A stretch of DNA of 64,000 nt. It comes from Vulcanimicrobiota bacterium (lineage in GTDB: Bacteria > Vulcanimicrobiota > Vulcanimicrobiia > Vulcanimicrobiales > Vulcanimicrobiaceae). Below, in pieces: positions 20,676 through 31,592 of this stretch (the first letter of the stretch is position 1; every line of letters starts with the position of its first letter). The stretch is from NCBI GenBank assembly GCA_963714015.1, contig OY970223.1, positions 352,001 through 416,000 on the forward strand, given 5' to 3'. The notes under the pieces are model-generated. The model saw nothing but the letters and a program-made list of their open reading frames with translations. It had not been told where the DNA came from and made no database searches. The position numbers and the translations under genes are program-made.

Positions 20676-23600
20676 CTACGGCCCGGCGACGGCAACCGGA
20701 GCGACGCCGACCGGTATGGGCTCCCCGCGAACGCCGCTCGAAACCTCAATCGGAACGACGCATTGATCTTCGTGCGCGACGACGAACGCCGTTTTGCCGT
20801 CGCTCGAGAACGCCGCACCTTCGGTGCCGCCGCCGACCGGAATAGTGCGAATTGGAGCGTTCGTTGCAAGATCGATCTCGGTAACCGTGCCGGCGAAGTA
20901 GTTGGAAACGAGGGCGATGCTGTCGTCCGGTGATATGGCGATTGCTCCCGCTTCCACTCCCGCTTGAATCGGCGAAAGCGCCGTGGCCGTGCTCAGGTTC
21001 ACCGGAACGACGACGTGATTCGGCGGCTCGCTCACATAGAGCATTCGCCCCGAATGGGAGATGACCAAATTCGAAGGATGCCCTCCCACGGCGATCGGTG
21101 TACCGGCGGTTCGCGAAGACAGGTCGAACGGCACGACGACGCCGGTTTGCCGGTTGCTGTAATACAGCGTTTTTCCGTCGGGCGCGATTGCGATGCCGTC
21201 CGGGGCGATTGCAAGCTTGATGGGCGCGCCGAGGTGAAGTGAAGCCGCATCCAGCGTCTGCAGCGTAGAGTCGTCGCTGTTCGCAAGCCAAAGCGTTCGG
21301 CCGCCGGGCGCGATCGCCATCCGGCTGTTGCCCTTTCCGGCTCCCACACTCGCGATGGTGTTCTGCGAGTCCGTGTCGATGACGGCGATGGTGCCGTCAT
21401 CCGAATTCAACATGTACAGTCTGCGCCGATCCGGGCTAAGCGCAATCGATCGGGAACCACTTCCGATCGTGATTGACGGGCCGAACGCGTGCGAGACCGG
21501 ATCGATGGGCGTGATTGTGTGCGACTGCTCGTTCAGGACGTAGAACGCAGAATGCTCGCCGGGTACGCGGACGACCGCAGTCGCCCGCGGAACGATCGCA
21601 CCGTCGGCGGTGTTTGCTTGAAATACGACGTCGTAGTAGCCCGGTAACACGCCGGCGTCGACGCTGATTTTTGTCGAAATGGCGTTTGTCGCCCCCGGCG
21701 TAAGATCGATCGTCCCCGTGCTCGGCAGGACGTGCACACCGGCCGGAGCCAGCGCGCGCCATCTCAGCGAGACCGGTGCCTCTGATTGCGGAAGCGACGC
21801 TTGAATTTCGATCGACTGACCGGCATTTGGCACTTCAGTGACCGATGCGGGTGCTTGCAGCGCGGCGAGCGTGGCTCGCGGAAACTGTACGGCCGTGGCA
21901 TGGAACGACGGCGGGCCCTCCTGCGGCGAGACTGCCCATGTATCGCCGGGCGAATCTCCCAACGCGTATTTGAAATGAAGCGTGCCGTGCAACGGTAAGT
22001 CGATCCACGATCGGTTCCACGGTTTGCCGTTTACGCTGAAACTTTCGATGTAGGCGTTCGCGTCCGAAGCTGCAGGAGCGTCTATGACGATGTTCGGGCC
22101 GCCCGGCGGATCGATGACGGCGTGGCTGAAGAGCGGCGTGGTAACCGCAAATCCGCGCACCGCCGGATCGAGTGGAAACAATCCGAGCGCGCACCAAACG
22201 TACCATGCGCTCATCGTTCCAAGGTCGTCGTTGCCGCCTTGTCCGACCGGCGTATTCGCCCACAGAGTACGCTGAACTTTACGAACGACCGCCTCTTCGC
22301 GCGCCGGCATTCCGGTGGCAAGATAGACGAAGGGATCGCTCACGCTCGGCTCGTTTCCCATCCATGAATAGGGCTTGTCCTGTCCGGCGTTCAGCATGCT
22401 GAAGTACGCGTCCAACCGTTTCGACGTTGCTGCAGGACCGCCGATTCCGGCGACGAGATCGGACAAGTCTTGCGGAACCATCCACGTATACTGCGCGGAG
22501 TTGCCCTCCTGAAATCCGTTTTGTCCGTCCTCGGTGATGGGCTTTTGCATAAATGCGCCGTCGAGATCGCGGCCGGCCATGTACCCGGTCGCCTTGTCGA
22601 AAACGTTAGCCCAGTCTTGCGAGCGCTTCAGGTAAGTCCGATAGATTTGCCGTTCGTGCAAACTGCGCGCGAATTGAGCGATCGAAAAATCTGCGACGGC
22701 ATACTCCTCGGTTTCGGAAGCTCCGTTGGGGACCGGCGCTACGTTGGTCATGTGCGTGTCCGTCACGTAGCCGCGCTGCAGATATTCGTCGATGCCGGGA
22801 CGCTCGGGATACCACCCTTGACCGGGTGCTCCGCTTACCGCAGTTGCTCCCTTGACCATTGCGTTGAGCGCACCGTGCAGATCGAAGTCGCGCGCACCGA
22901 ATGCATAGTACGAAGCCAGAATCGTATCGGACGGATCTCCTGCCATAACCGCGGTGTAGCCGTTCACGAGCGCCCATTTCGGAAGCCAGCCGCCCTGCTG
23001 CGCGGCATCGACGAGCGACTGGGCCGCGTCGCTCGCTTCACGCGGCGCGACCAGTCCCATGAGCGGAGCCTGCGTGCGATAGATGTCCCATCCTGAAAAA
23101 TTCGCATACTCTTCATGACCGGCGCGAACGCGGTGAGTTCTTCCGTCGAATCCGGGATAGTTTCCCGTTACGTCGCTCTCGACGTTCGGATGAAGCAGTG
23201 CATGATATAGCGCGGTATAGAAGATCGCGCGTTCGTCCGGCGATCCGCCTTGCACGGCGACGCGGCCCAACACGCGTTGCCACGCAGCGGCCGCGCTATT
23301 CCGAACCTGCGTAAAATTCCAGCCGGTGTTTTCGGCACGCAGATTGGCCAGAGCACCGTCGTAGCTTACGAACGAAAGGCCCACTTTTACGCGAATTGTG
23401 GAATCGGGACGCGTGTCGAACGTTACCCAGCCGCCGGTACCGGCACCGTCGGAACTGGCAGCACCGGGCAAGACGGACGCATTCTTCCACGTACCGTACG
23501 ATGTGAACGGGCGGTCGAACCGCGCGACGAAGTAAACGGTGTACGCGTCCGGCATCCCGCAGAAGTGTCCGGTCGTCGCCGAACCTTCGATCTGGTCATT

Positions 23601-24164
23601 TCCGACTATGCGAATATGCGCATCGTCCACGCCGGACTGATCGGACGAAGCGTTGAACAGCAAGTTCGCGCGGTCGCTTGCCGGAAAATCGAACTCGCCC
23701 AAACCGGTGCGCTTGGTCACCGTCAGTTGCGTGCGAATACCGGGGCTGCCGACCGTTACCGCATAGTACCCCGGTGCGGCCTCTTCGCCGGCGTGCGAAA
23801 ACGGTTGGGCCGCCTTTGCCGGATCTGCGAGCGCACCAACCGTCGGAAGAATACCGAAATCGCCGAAGACCGAGCAGCCCGGTCCGGCCAAATGCGTAAG
23901 ACTAAAGCCCGTGATCTGCTTGTCGCCATATTCGTAACCGCCGCCGGCGTTTTGCGATGGCGTGTCCGGACTCCATTGCACCATGCCGAACGGCACGTCG
24001 GCTCCCGGAAAATCGTCGATTACGTCGGTGCCGTCGATACTCTGCGAGGTGCCGATGAACGGATTTACGGAAAGGAGCGGATTTTCAATCGGCGCTGCCG
24101 CGAGTGCAACGGGAAATAGCAGGGCGGCGAACAGCAAAAGCGCCGCGCAACGCGCATTTTTCAC
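20676..24164 (-). CDS. GH92 alpha-1,2-mannosidase fused to a C-terminal YVTN/YncE beta-propeller
   Basis: VNPFIGT, PFGMVQWSPDT, FSGWDIYR, GNEP, GNDDLGTMSAWY; C-terminal IAISPD/IPVG repeats. Confidence 0.9.
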   Translation of the reverse strand: MKNARCAALLLFAALLFPVALAAAPIENPLLSVNPFIGTSQSIDGTDVIDDFPGADVPFGMVQWSPDTPSQNAGGGYEYGDKQITGFSLTHLAGPGCSVFGDFGILPTVGALADPAKAAQPFSHAGEEAAPGYYAVTVGSPGIRTQLTVTKRTGLGEFDFPASDRANLLFNASSDQSGVDDAHIRIVGNDQIEGSATTGHFCGMPDAYTVYFVARFDRPFTSYGTWKNASVLPGAASSDGAGTGGWVTFDTRPDSTIRVKVGLSFVSYDGALANLRAENTGWNFTQVRNSAAAAWQRVLGRVAVQGGSPDERAIFYTALYHALLHPNVESDVTGNYPGFDGRTHRVRAGHEEYANFSGWDIYRTQAPLMGLVAPREASDAAQSLVDAAQQGGWLPKWALVNGYTAVMAGDPSDTILASYYAFGARDFDLHGALNAMVKGATAVSGAPGQGWYPERPGIDEYLQRGYVTDTHMTNVAPVPNGASETEEYAVADFSIAQFARSLHERQIYRTYLKRSQDWANVFDKATGYMAGRDLDGAFMQKPITEDGQNGFQEGNSAQYTWMVPQDLSDLVAGIGGPAATSKRLDAYFSMLNAGQDKPYSWMGNEPSVSDPFVYLATGMPAREEAVVRKVQRTLWANTPVGQGGNDDLGTMSAWYVWCALGLFPLDPAVRGFAVTTPLFSHAVIDPPGGPNIVIDAPAASDANAYIESFSVNGKPWNRSWIDLPLHGTLHFKYALGDSPGDTWAVSPQEGPPSFHATAVQFPRATLAALQAPASVTEVPNAGQSIEIQASLPQSEAPVSLRWRALAPAGVHVLPSTGTIDLTPGATNAISTKISVDAGVLPGYYDVVFQANTADGAIVPRATAVVRVPGEHSAFYVLNEQSHTITPIDPVSHAFGPSITIGSGSRSIALSPDRRRLYMLNSDDGTIAVIDTDSQNTIASVGAGKGNSRMAIAPGGRTLWLANSDDSTLQTLDAASLHLGAPIKLAIAPDGIAIAPDGKTLYYSNRQTGVVVPFDLSSRTAGTPIAVGGHPSNLVISHSGRMLYVSEPPNHVVVPVNLSTATALSPIQAGVEAGAIAISPDDSIALVSNYFAGTVTEIDLATNAPIRTIPVGGGTEGAAFSSDGKTAFVVAHEDQCVVPIEVSSGVRGEPIPVGVAPVAVAGP

Positions 24165-24292
24165 AGCACGTTGTTGCGCGTTCGGTTTGCCAAAATCCCG
24201 TCCCCGAAAGGGCTACCGTCCGCTTTCTTGCGGGACGCGAAAAGGCCCGCAAATCGAATTCGCGGGCTCTTTACGCCGGAGCTAGGGCGTGT

Positions 24293-25285
24293 CTATTGCG
24301 GCTGACGCGGCCAACCCGCTATGCCCATCGGCTGCGTAATTCCGCTGATGGTGACATACGGAGACGTCGCCGTGCCTTTATATCCGTTTACCGGGCCGGT
24401 CTGATCTGACTGGAAGAACAGCTGGCCTTCTACGATACCGTTGAATGTGGGTTGATTGATGCCGTTCGTGATCGTCTCGGACGGCGTGGACTTGCCGGCG
24501 GGGTACACCGTCACGACGTTGCTTGCGAAGTCGGAGACGTAGACGTCGTCTTTGGCACCGATCGTCACGCAAATCGGTCCGCTTAGTCCGCTCAGCGAAA
24601 GCGGTTTGGGGATCTTGGTGCCGGTTTTTACGATGAAGACTTGGTTGGTCGAATCGCTTGCGACGTAAAGGGTGTCGTTGCTGTCCTCGCCCATTCCCAC
24701 CGGCTGACCGTTAATCGTAATCGTTTCAAATGCTGCGTTCTTACCGGGATGGAACCCCGTCACGGTGTTGTTCCCGAGGTTGCTCGCAAAGACGTTGCCC
24801 TTGGAATCGACTGCGATGCCGTAGTTGCTCGAAAGTCCGCTTGTGATGGTGAAGCTCGGTTTGAACTTTCCGAGCGGATACTCCGTGATCGTGGTGTTGC
24901 CCAGATTTGACACGTAGAGGGTTCCCTTTGTGTCGATTGCCAAACCAACCGGCGCGTTGACGCTTTGGGTGATCTTGCCGATTTGTTTGCCGGTTACGGC
25001 GTTGAAGATGAGGACCTGATTGTGCTGGATATCTGCGACGAAGACTTTCTTCGTCACTCCGGCTGCCATGTAGCCCGGCCCTTCGTTCGGAACCATCGCG
25101 GGAACCATCAGTACACCCGTAACGGCCGGGCCGGGAAGCGCGCGCATCGGCACGCCGTGCTGGATCGAGAGCGTATGGCTGTTTTGGGCTGTGGTGACCG
25201 ACGGCGTCGATCCGCTGCCGCATCCAGCCACGAACGTGGCTATCGCACCGGCTGCGAGTCCGCGTATCATAGGCGTCAAACGCAT
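24293..25285 (-). CDS. NHL-repeat beta-propeller lipoprotein
   Basis: ATG 25285 after GGAGG; VAGC lipobox; PVGLAIDTKGTLYV repeats. Confidence 0.8.
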   Translation of the reverse strand: MRLTPMIRGLAAGAIATFVAGCGSGSTPSVTTAQNSHTLSIQHGVPMRALPGPAVTGVLMVPAMVPNEGPGYMAAGVTKKVFVADIQHNQVLIFNAVTGKQIGKITQSVNAPVGLAIDTKGTLYVSNLGNTTITEYPLGKFKPSFTITSGLSSNYGIAVDSKGNVFASNLGNNTVTGFHPGKNAAFETITINGQPVGMGEDSNDTLYVASDSTNQVFIVKTGTKIPKPLSLSGLSGPICVTIGAKDDVYVSDFASNVVTVYPAGKSTPSETITNGINQPTFNGIVEGQLFFQSDQTGPVNGYKGTATSPYVTISGITQPMGIAGWPRQPQ

Positions 25286-25492
25286 AAGAATGCCTCCATC
25301 TGTATAGGTTGGGGCATCGTTCGTTATGCGGGCGCTGAATTGAACCTGCAGTCTGCGCACCGTGCTTAACTACCAACTATTTCTTGTAGTCTACTCGACA
25401 TGAGTACATGGTGTAGAGCAGCTACACGTTCGCGCAATCGAGCCGCCCTAACGCGGTAGCGCTGAGAATCCCGCTGACTATGAGCACGCCTA

Positions 25493-25513
25493 TTGGTTAT
25501 ACGGTATAATCAA
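25493..25513 (+). promoter_or_regulatory. Probable TetR operator overlapping the -10 box
   Basis: TTGGTTATAC-G-GTATAATCAA near-perfect dyad containing TATAAT, upstream of tetR. Confidence 0.55.
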
Positions 25514-25549
25514 AAATGCCAAGACGTCGGTTCGTCGAAATGCCCGGTT

Positions 25550-26149
25550 ATGAGTCCTCGAAAGTACCAAGCGGGTGAGCGCCGGCTGGCTGCCACCGCG
25601 GTTACGCGCGGTAAAATCATCGATGCGGCTCGCGCGTTGCTCTCGGACGCGGATACGGCTGCCTTCAGCATAGACGCGGTCGCCGAACGAGCCGACGTAG
25701 CGCGCATGACCGTCTACTATCAGTTCAAGTCCAAGGCCAAGCTTTTAGAAGCGCTCTTCGACAATCTCGCAGAGCGCTCGAACGCCCGCGACATGAGAAA
25801 GGTCTTCGAAGAAGCCGATCTTTCGAAATCGCTCGCTTTGCTCGTGGAAGTCTTTTGTAACCTTTGGAAAACCGAAGCGCCGCTGCTCCGGCGACTCGCA
25901 GCGATGGCGGCACTGGATCCGGAAGTGGGCGCCGCGTTGAACGAACGCGGAAACTGGCGCCGGGAAGCGCTCTGCGAACTCCTTCGCCGCCTGCCCAACG
26001 CCGCCTATAGCAACGATCTGCCGGACGTCTTGTACGCACTGACCAGCTTCGAGACGTACGAAATGCTGCGCGCCGGACGCCGTCAAGAGAAGATTCCGTC
26101 CGTGCTCAAGCAGGCAGTATCTAAACTTTGCGCCGCGGACGCTCGGTAA
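25550..26149 (+). CDS. TetR/AcrR family regulator
   Basis: FSIDAVAERADVARMTVYYQFKSK HTH. Confidence 0.9.
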   Translation: MSPRKYQAGERRLAATAVTRGKIIDAARALLSDADTAAFSIDAVAERADVARMTVYYQFKSKAKLLEALFDNLAERSNARDMRKVFEEADLSKSLALLVEVFCNLWKTEAPLLRRLAAMAALDPEVGAALNERGNWRREALCELLRRLPNAAYSNDLPDVLYALTSFETYEMLRAGRRQEKIPSVLKQAVSKLCAADAR

Positions 26150-26222
26150 GTCTGTCCGTTTTTCAAAGAACATCGTCGCTTTTTCGAGCGCCAGGCTCCG
26201 TTTTGCGTGCTAGCGTGATGGA

Positions 26223-26995
26223 GTGCTCAAACACCGAGAGGCCGTCAGGGCCGAGTTCGACAAACAGCTCCGTTCTGGAGGCATGACAACGTCACCGAGC
26301 CGCTGCAATCGGTGGTCGAGCGCCTGGAACTACATGCCGGCATGCGCGCAATCGACGTTGCTGCAGGAACGGGGGCGTTCGCGTGTGCGATCGCCCGGCG
26401 CGTCGATCGCGTCACTTGCGCCGATCTGAGCGCGAAGATGATCCAGATTGGGAGACGCTGCGCGCAAGCGCTGAATCTGGACAACGTCGACTTCATCAAT
26501 GCTGCGGCCGAAAGTCTCCCCTTTGAGGATGCCGCTTTCGATTTGGCGGTCACGCGCTTTGCTTTGCATCATGTCCTCGATCCGCAGGCAGTTCTGAGCG
26601 AGATGAGCCGGGTCGTGCGAAACGGCGGCGACGTAGTCGTGGTGGACATGCTTTCGGATGACGATCGCGACATTGCAGCGCGGCAAAACGTTCTCGAACG
26701 TTTCGTCGACGGCACGCACACGCGCATGCTGACCAAAGCGGAAATGCTTCTCGCGATGCGCAGCGCGGGATTGGCGCCGAAAAACGATTTAACGCGCGAC
26801 GTGCGCGTCGATTTCGAGTTGTGGCAGAGTCATCTGGCACCTGCTGAGCCGCAGAAGCAGCGCGTCAAAGCCGCATTGGATTCCGAGATTCGCGGAGGAC
26901 CCGTTACCGGATTCCGGCCGCACATTCACGACGGCCGCATCCATTTCTATCACACTTGGGGAGCAATCGTAGCCCAAAAGGAGGGCATCAGATGA
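26223..26995 (+). CDS. Class I SAM-dependent methyltransferase (frameshift near 26267)
   Basis: IDVAAGTG, AESLPFEDAAFD and FALHH; N-terminus lies in the adjacent frame. Confidence 0.85.
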
Positions 26996-27534
26996 ATCGC
27001 AGCAAGTTCGTTATATGGTCCGTTCCGGCGCTGAGTGCAATTGCGGTACTGACGTTTGTGCCGCTTCGTCCCGCGCCGGCAACCGGCGCTGGAATGCCGA
27101 CGTCCTGCCAACGGTCGGCGGCATACCGCGGGTTGGATTTTTCCATCGGCGCGTGGGTGGTAAACGTCCCGGGGTTCGCCGGAAAATCATCGAGTGAGAT
27201 TCGCCGTCAGGTGCGCGGCTGCGCCATCGTCGAGCAGTGGAGCGGCGGAGCGGACGCGGGCATGAACGTCGACGCTTATAACTCCGAGGATCATCATTGG
27301 CATCGCTTTTTCGTCGACAGCCAAGGCAAGGTTCACACCTTCGAAGGGACAGCAGGTCCGAACGGCATCGAGTACCGCGGGACCAGCCGCGAGCCGGATG
27401 GAAAGACGTACCTCAACCGGCTCGTCGTTCGCAGTGAAGGCGCAGACAAGATGACGCAACTCTGGCAGAAATCACGCGACGGCAGAGTCTGGAGCACCGC
27501 TTTTGAAGGCATCTATCAGCGCATCGGCCCCTGA
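26992..27534 (+). CDS. Secreted hypothetical protein (DUF1579-like beta-barrel)
   Basis: Signal peptide; LDFSIGAW...GCAIVEQW...SRDGRVW; ATGA overlap with the upstream gene. Confidence 0.6.
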   Translation: MNRSKFVIWSVPALSAIAVLTFVPLRPAPATGAGMPTSCQRSAAYRGLDFSIGAWVVNVPGFAGKSSSEIRRQVRGCAIVEQWSGGADAGMNVDAYNSEDHHWHRFFVDSQGKVHTFEGTAGPNGIEYRGTSREPDGKTYLNRLVVRSEGADKMTQLWQKSRDGRVWSTAFEGIYQRIGP

Positions 27535-28273
27535 CGCAGCCCCGCGTCGACTCATTCTTGGTGCGTCGTTCGACTATCCGGGACGAATGCTCATCGACCC
27601 GCACAGCCATACGACGCATCAGCTAATCTACGCCGCGCGCGGCGTGATGAGCGTTCACACGGAGCGCGGCGCTTGGGTCGTGCCGCCCAATCGCGCAGTC
27701 TGGGTTCCGGCGTATGCCAAACATTCGATTCGCACCATCGGCGCGGTCAGCATGCGAACGCTCTATGTCGAAACCGCCGTGCGCACCGCTCTTCCGAAGG
27801 ACTACGTGGTCGTAGCGGTTCCGTCGCTGCTGCGGGAACTGATTCTTCGTCTCATCGACATGCAATCCGAGACGCGCGACGTGCGCCGGGAAGCGCGTCT
27901 CGTCGCAGTACTGCTGGACGAACTGAACGGACTCGACGTCGAACCGCTGCACATTCCATTGCCGGAAGACCGCAGGCTTCGGGAAGTCTGCGACGCGATC
28001 CGTTCGGAACCCGGGTCCAACGAAAGTGCCGCCCAGTGGGGCGCGCGATTCGGAATGAGCGCAAAGACCCTCGAGCGCAGTTTCGCTCGCGCGGTAGGGA
28101 TGACGTTCGGTCAATGGCGCAGGCAAGTGCGGTTACTCTCGTCGCTGGAACGTTTGGCGGCGGGCGAAGCGGTAACGGCGGTGGCACTGGATCTGGGATA
28201 CAAGAGCCCGAGCTCCTTCAGCGTGATGTTTCAACGAGCCCTGGGCAATTCTCCGAGCAAATATTTCATCTAA
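27503..28273 (+). CDS. AraC family regulator with cupin domain
   Basis: PHSH/HQLIYA cupin; GMTFGQWR...VALDLGYKSPSSFSVMF. Confidence 0.9.
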   Translation: MKASISASAPDAAPRRLILGASFDYPGRMLIDPHSHTTHQLIYAARGVMSVHTERGAWVVPPNRAVWVPAYAKHSIRTIGAVSMRTLYVETAVRTALPKDYVVVAVPSLLRELILRLIDMQSETRDVRREARLVAVLLDELNGLDVEPLHIPLPEDRRLREVCDAIRSEPGSNESAAQWGARFGMSAKTLERSFARAVGMTFGQWRRQVRLLSSLERLAAGEAVTAVALDLGYKSPSSFSVMFQRALGNSPSKYFI

Positions 28274-29056
28274 TCAAGTGCGTCCACGCGGGGCTTGCGC
28301 GCCCAAACCCCGACTTGAAGCGGAAAGTAGGCGTGGACGTGCGCAGCGAGAGCCTCGGCCTTGAGCGGGGCTGCCAGGTCTGCGGCGGGATCAGCGTTCA
28401 ACAGCGTTTGCAGCAACCGGTAACTGCTCGCGCCGTCGCGGCCTATGGGCTGTAACTCGGTTCGTATCGCCGGAACGGGCAGACCCGCTTCGACCAAAGC
28501 GTCGACTAACCGCAACCCCATGTCCATGCGCACGCCGTTGCAACTGAGTGCACTCATCGCGCGCTCGATAAAGCTGCTGTAGAGCGGAAGGTTCGCATCA
28601 GGACCGCGCATCGAACGATAATCCCACTCTTGAAAGATCACCGATCCGCCCGGGCCGAACCAGCGCCGCTGCGCGCCGTACCGCTTCTGCCGGATTGGGC
28701 ACTCCGTCAAGATAAAAGCGGCCGAAGACCGCATCGACGGGCGCCCTCATGCGAAGCTCTTCCAACGCGGTGCACTCGAACGCGACATTGTCGAAGGACT
28801 GTTCGTTTGCGCGCTCGCGAGAAACGGCGACGAGCTCCCGGTCGGCTTCGATTCCCAGAACGTGTCCGCTCTGCCCGACGCGCTCTGCCGCGAGAAACGC
28901 GACATCCCCGGTACGAGACCCTACAATTAGCACGGTCATCCCGGGACGAACGCCGCCCTTGAGGAGCAGATCGCTCGTCAGCGATTGAGCAAAGGCGGAG
29001 ATCTGCGATTGACGCTCCACCTCGCGCGCCAAATCCGGACACAGCGGCAAGTTCAC
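28270..29056 (-). CDS. Class I SAM-dependent methyltransferase (frameshift near 28650)
   Basis: GVRPGMTVLIVGSRTGDV...VRPGG..FQE across ORFs 28598-29056 and 28270-28734. Confidence 0.75.
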
Positions 29057-29122
29057 CAGCCGATCCTAACAGGTCGGGCGTTGCCGCCGCCACGAAGTTC
29101 CCCACATTCTCTGGAGCGTAAT

Positions 29123-31522
29123 TTGCCCGAAACACTAGCCGGGTTGGTCAAGACCTACCGCTCGAGCGCGGGGATGTCGCAGGAGTTGCTGGCGGAGCGT
29201 TCAGGCCTGAGCGTCCGCACGATTGGCGACATCGAGACCGGCTTTCAGCGGTCCCCGCGCCTCATTACGATCGTGCTCATCGCGCAAGCGCTGCAGCTAA
29301 ACGAAGAAGACCGCGCGTGCCTGCAAGGGGCGCTTCCGAAGCGGGGCGCCAAAGACGACGGCACCTCACCTCCGGCAAAAGCTTCGCTGCCGCACATCCC
29401 GCTCTTCGGCCGGGACCGCGAGATTGCCGATATTACGGCAAAGCTGAACGGGGGCGGGGCGCGCCTGCTGACGCTCACCGGTCCGGCGGGCGTCGGAAAG
29501 ACCAGTCTCTGCGCTTGCGCAGCGGCACGATGCGCCGAGCGTTTCGACTCCGTTACGATGGTCCCGCTGGCGCCGATCTCGGACCCGAAGCTCGTTCCTT
29601 CGGCGCTTGCGACCGAACTGGGACTACGCGAGCAGAGTGAAGCGCCGCTTCCTGCGGCCATTGCGGCCGAGTTGGGAAACGGACGGCGTTTGCTGGTGCT
29701 CGACAATTTCGAGCAGGTTCTGCCGGCTGCAGCTTGGCTCGGCGAACTCCTCACGCAATGTCCGGCTCTGACGGCGCTCGTCACCAGCCGCGAGCGTCTG
29801 CACTTACGGATGGAGCACGCGTATGCTATTCGTCCGCTCGAGAACTCCGCCGGCGTAGATCTTTTCGTCGAACGCGCGCGCGCCGTGAATTTCGACTTCG
29901 CACTAACGAGTGCAAACGAGCCCGTCATCAAGTCCATCGTTCAGCGGCTCGAAGGACTGCCGCTCGCGATCGAATTGGCGGCGCCGCGTTTGGTTCTCCT
30001 TACGCCGCAAGCGCTGCTCGCTCGCCTGGAGCGCCGTTTACCGCTGCTGGAGAGCGGGCCGGTGGATCTTCCGCAGCGCCAGCAAACGATGCGCAATGCC
30101 ATCGAGTGGAGCTACGATCTGCTGTCCGCGCACGAGCAGCGGCTCTTTCGGGCGATGGGCGTCTTCAGCGGCGGAGCAACGATCGAAGCGGCGTCCGCGG
30201 TCTACGCCGAGCGCGAGGAAAACATTCTCTCGATTCTTGCGGCGCTCGTGGAGAAGAGCTTGCTTTCCCTATCCGAGGACGATGAAGGCGAACCGCGCAT
30301 CGCTATGCTGGAGCTGCTTCGCGAGTTCGCGCTCGAACGGATTAAGCAAGCCGGAGAAGCCGCGCAAGCTCAAGCGCGAATGGCCTCTCACTTCTTGGAA
30401 TTCGCGGTTCACGCTGAGGCGGCGTTAAAAGGCGCGAATCAAGTGCACTGGCTTGCTCGCGTCGAGCGGGAATACGCGAATATCCGGGCCGTGCTGGACT
30501 GGTCAGTGCACGGCGGACATCTCGAGACCGGAATGCGGTTAGCCGGCACGATGGCCCGTTTCTGGTGGATGCGCGGTTACTTCAGCGAAGGACGCTCGTG
30601 GTGCGATCGGCTCCTGGACGGCATGAATTCAAGTGTGCAAGCCGTCTCCTCTTTCGGCGAAGCGAAAGTGCTGCAGGCGAACGTTCTATTGATGAACGCA
30701 ATGGGCGACTTCCAAGAAGCGATGGCGCCTTGCGAACGCGCTGTAGCACTTTGGCGTGAAATCGGTGACGACGGCGAGTTGTCCATCTCGCTCAACTCAC
30801 TTGGCATCATGCTGCAAATGCTCGGGCGCTACGACGAAGCGCGGGGAACGCACGAAGAAGCGTTGTCGATTCGCCGCCGCATCGGTGACCGTTACGGGAT
30901 CGCCACCTCGCTCGGAAGTCTCGCCTCGGTCGCGCACGCCGGGAACGACACCGCGGCGGCAATTACTGCCGTCGAAGAGAGTATCGACATTTTCCGATCG
31001 CTCGAAAACGCCTCGGCGCTCTCCATTTCACTTACCAAGCTGGGAAGACTGTTGCACGAAACGCGCAATTACGAACGCGCGAACCAGATGTTCGAAGAGA
31101 GCTTGGCGCTCCAAATGCTGATCGACGACAAGGCGAACATGGCGTACTCGTACGACCGGCTCGCCGTGGTGGCATCGGATCTGGGACGGTACGACGTTGC
31201 GCGCGAGCGGTGGCGCCAGGCCTTCGAGTTGCTGGAGGCAGCCGCAAATAAGTCCTTGATCGCCGAAGCGCTCGAAGGCCTAATGGTTTTAGCGATCCGC
31301 CAGGGCGATTATCGCCAAGCCGCGCACATGTGCGGTGCGGCCGAAGCGCTTCGCGAAGCGATATCGGCGCCGATGTGGCCGCACCAAGTTGCGGACTACG
31401 GATCGCGCGTCCGCGAGATTCGCGACGAATTGGGAGATGCAGCCTTCGCCCAGGAACGGCGATTGGGCGCCTGCGCGCCGCTGCGGCAAATTCTGAACGA
31501 AACATTCGCAGTAACGGTTTAA
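29123..31522 (+). CDS. XRE-HTH + NB-ARC/STAND ATPase + TPR regulator
   Basis: MSQELLAERSGLSVRTI HTH; GPAGVGKT; LVLDNFE; GLPLAIEL; TPRs; TTG start after GGAG. Confidence 0.88.
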   Translation: MPETLAGLVKTYRSSAGMSQELLAERSGLSVRTIGDIETGFQRSPRLITIVLIAQALQLNEEDRACLQGALPKRGAKDDGTSPPAKASLPHIPLFGRDREIADITAKLNGGGARLLTLTGPAGVGKTSLCACAAARCAERFDSVTMVPLAPISDPKLVPSALATELGLREQSEAPLPAAIAAELGNGRRLLVLDNFEQVLPAAAWLGELLTQCPALTALVTSRERLHLRMEHAYAIRPLENSAGVDLFVERARAVNFDFALTSANEPVIKSIVQRLEGLPLAIELAAPRLVLLTPQALLARLERRLPLLESGPVDLPQRQQTMRNAIEWSYDLLSAHEQRLFRAMGVFSGGATIEAASAVYAEREENILSILAALVEKSLLSLSEDDEGEPRIAMLELLREFALERIKQAGEAAQAQARMASHFLEFAVHAEAALKGANQVHWLARVEREYANIRAVLDWSVHGGHLETGMRLAGTMARFWWMRGYFSEGRSWCDRLLDGMNSSVQAVSSFGEAKVLQANVLLMNAMGDFQEAMAPCERAVALWREIGDDGELSISLNSLGIMLQMLGRYDEARGTHEEALSIRRRIGDRYGIATSLGSLASVAHAGNDTAAAITAVEESIDIFRSLENASALSISLTKLGRLLHETRNYERANQMFEESLALQMLIDDKANMAYSYDRLAVVASDLGRYDVARERWRQAFELLEAAANKSLIAEALEGLMVLAIRQGDYRQAAHMCGAAEALREAISAPMWPHQVADYGSRVREIRDELGDAAFAQERRLGACAPLRQILNETFAVTV

Positions 31523-31592
31523 TCGTTGGCTGGGAGACCTCGACGGAAATCCGACGTAAGCAAGACGGGGCAGGCGCTACGCTCTTGTCCTA

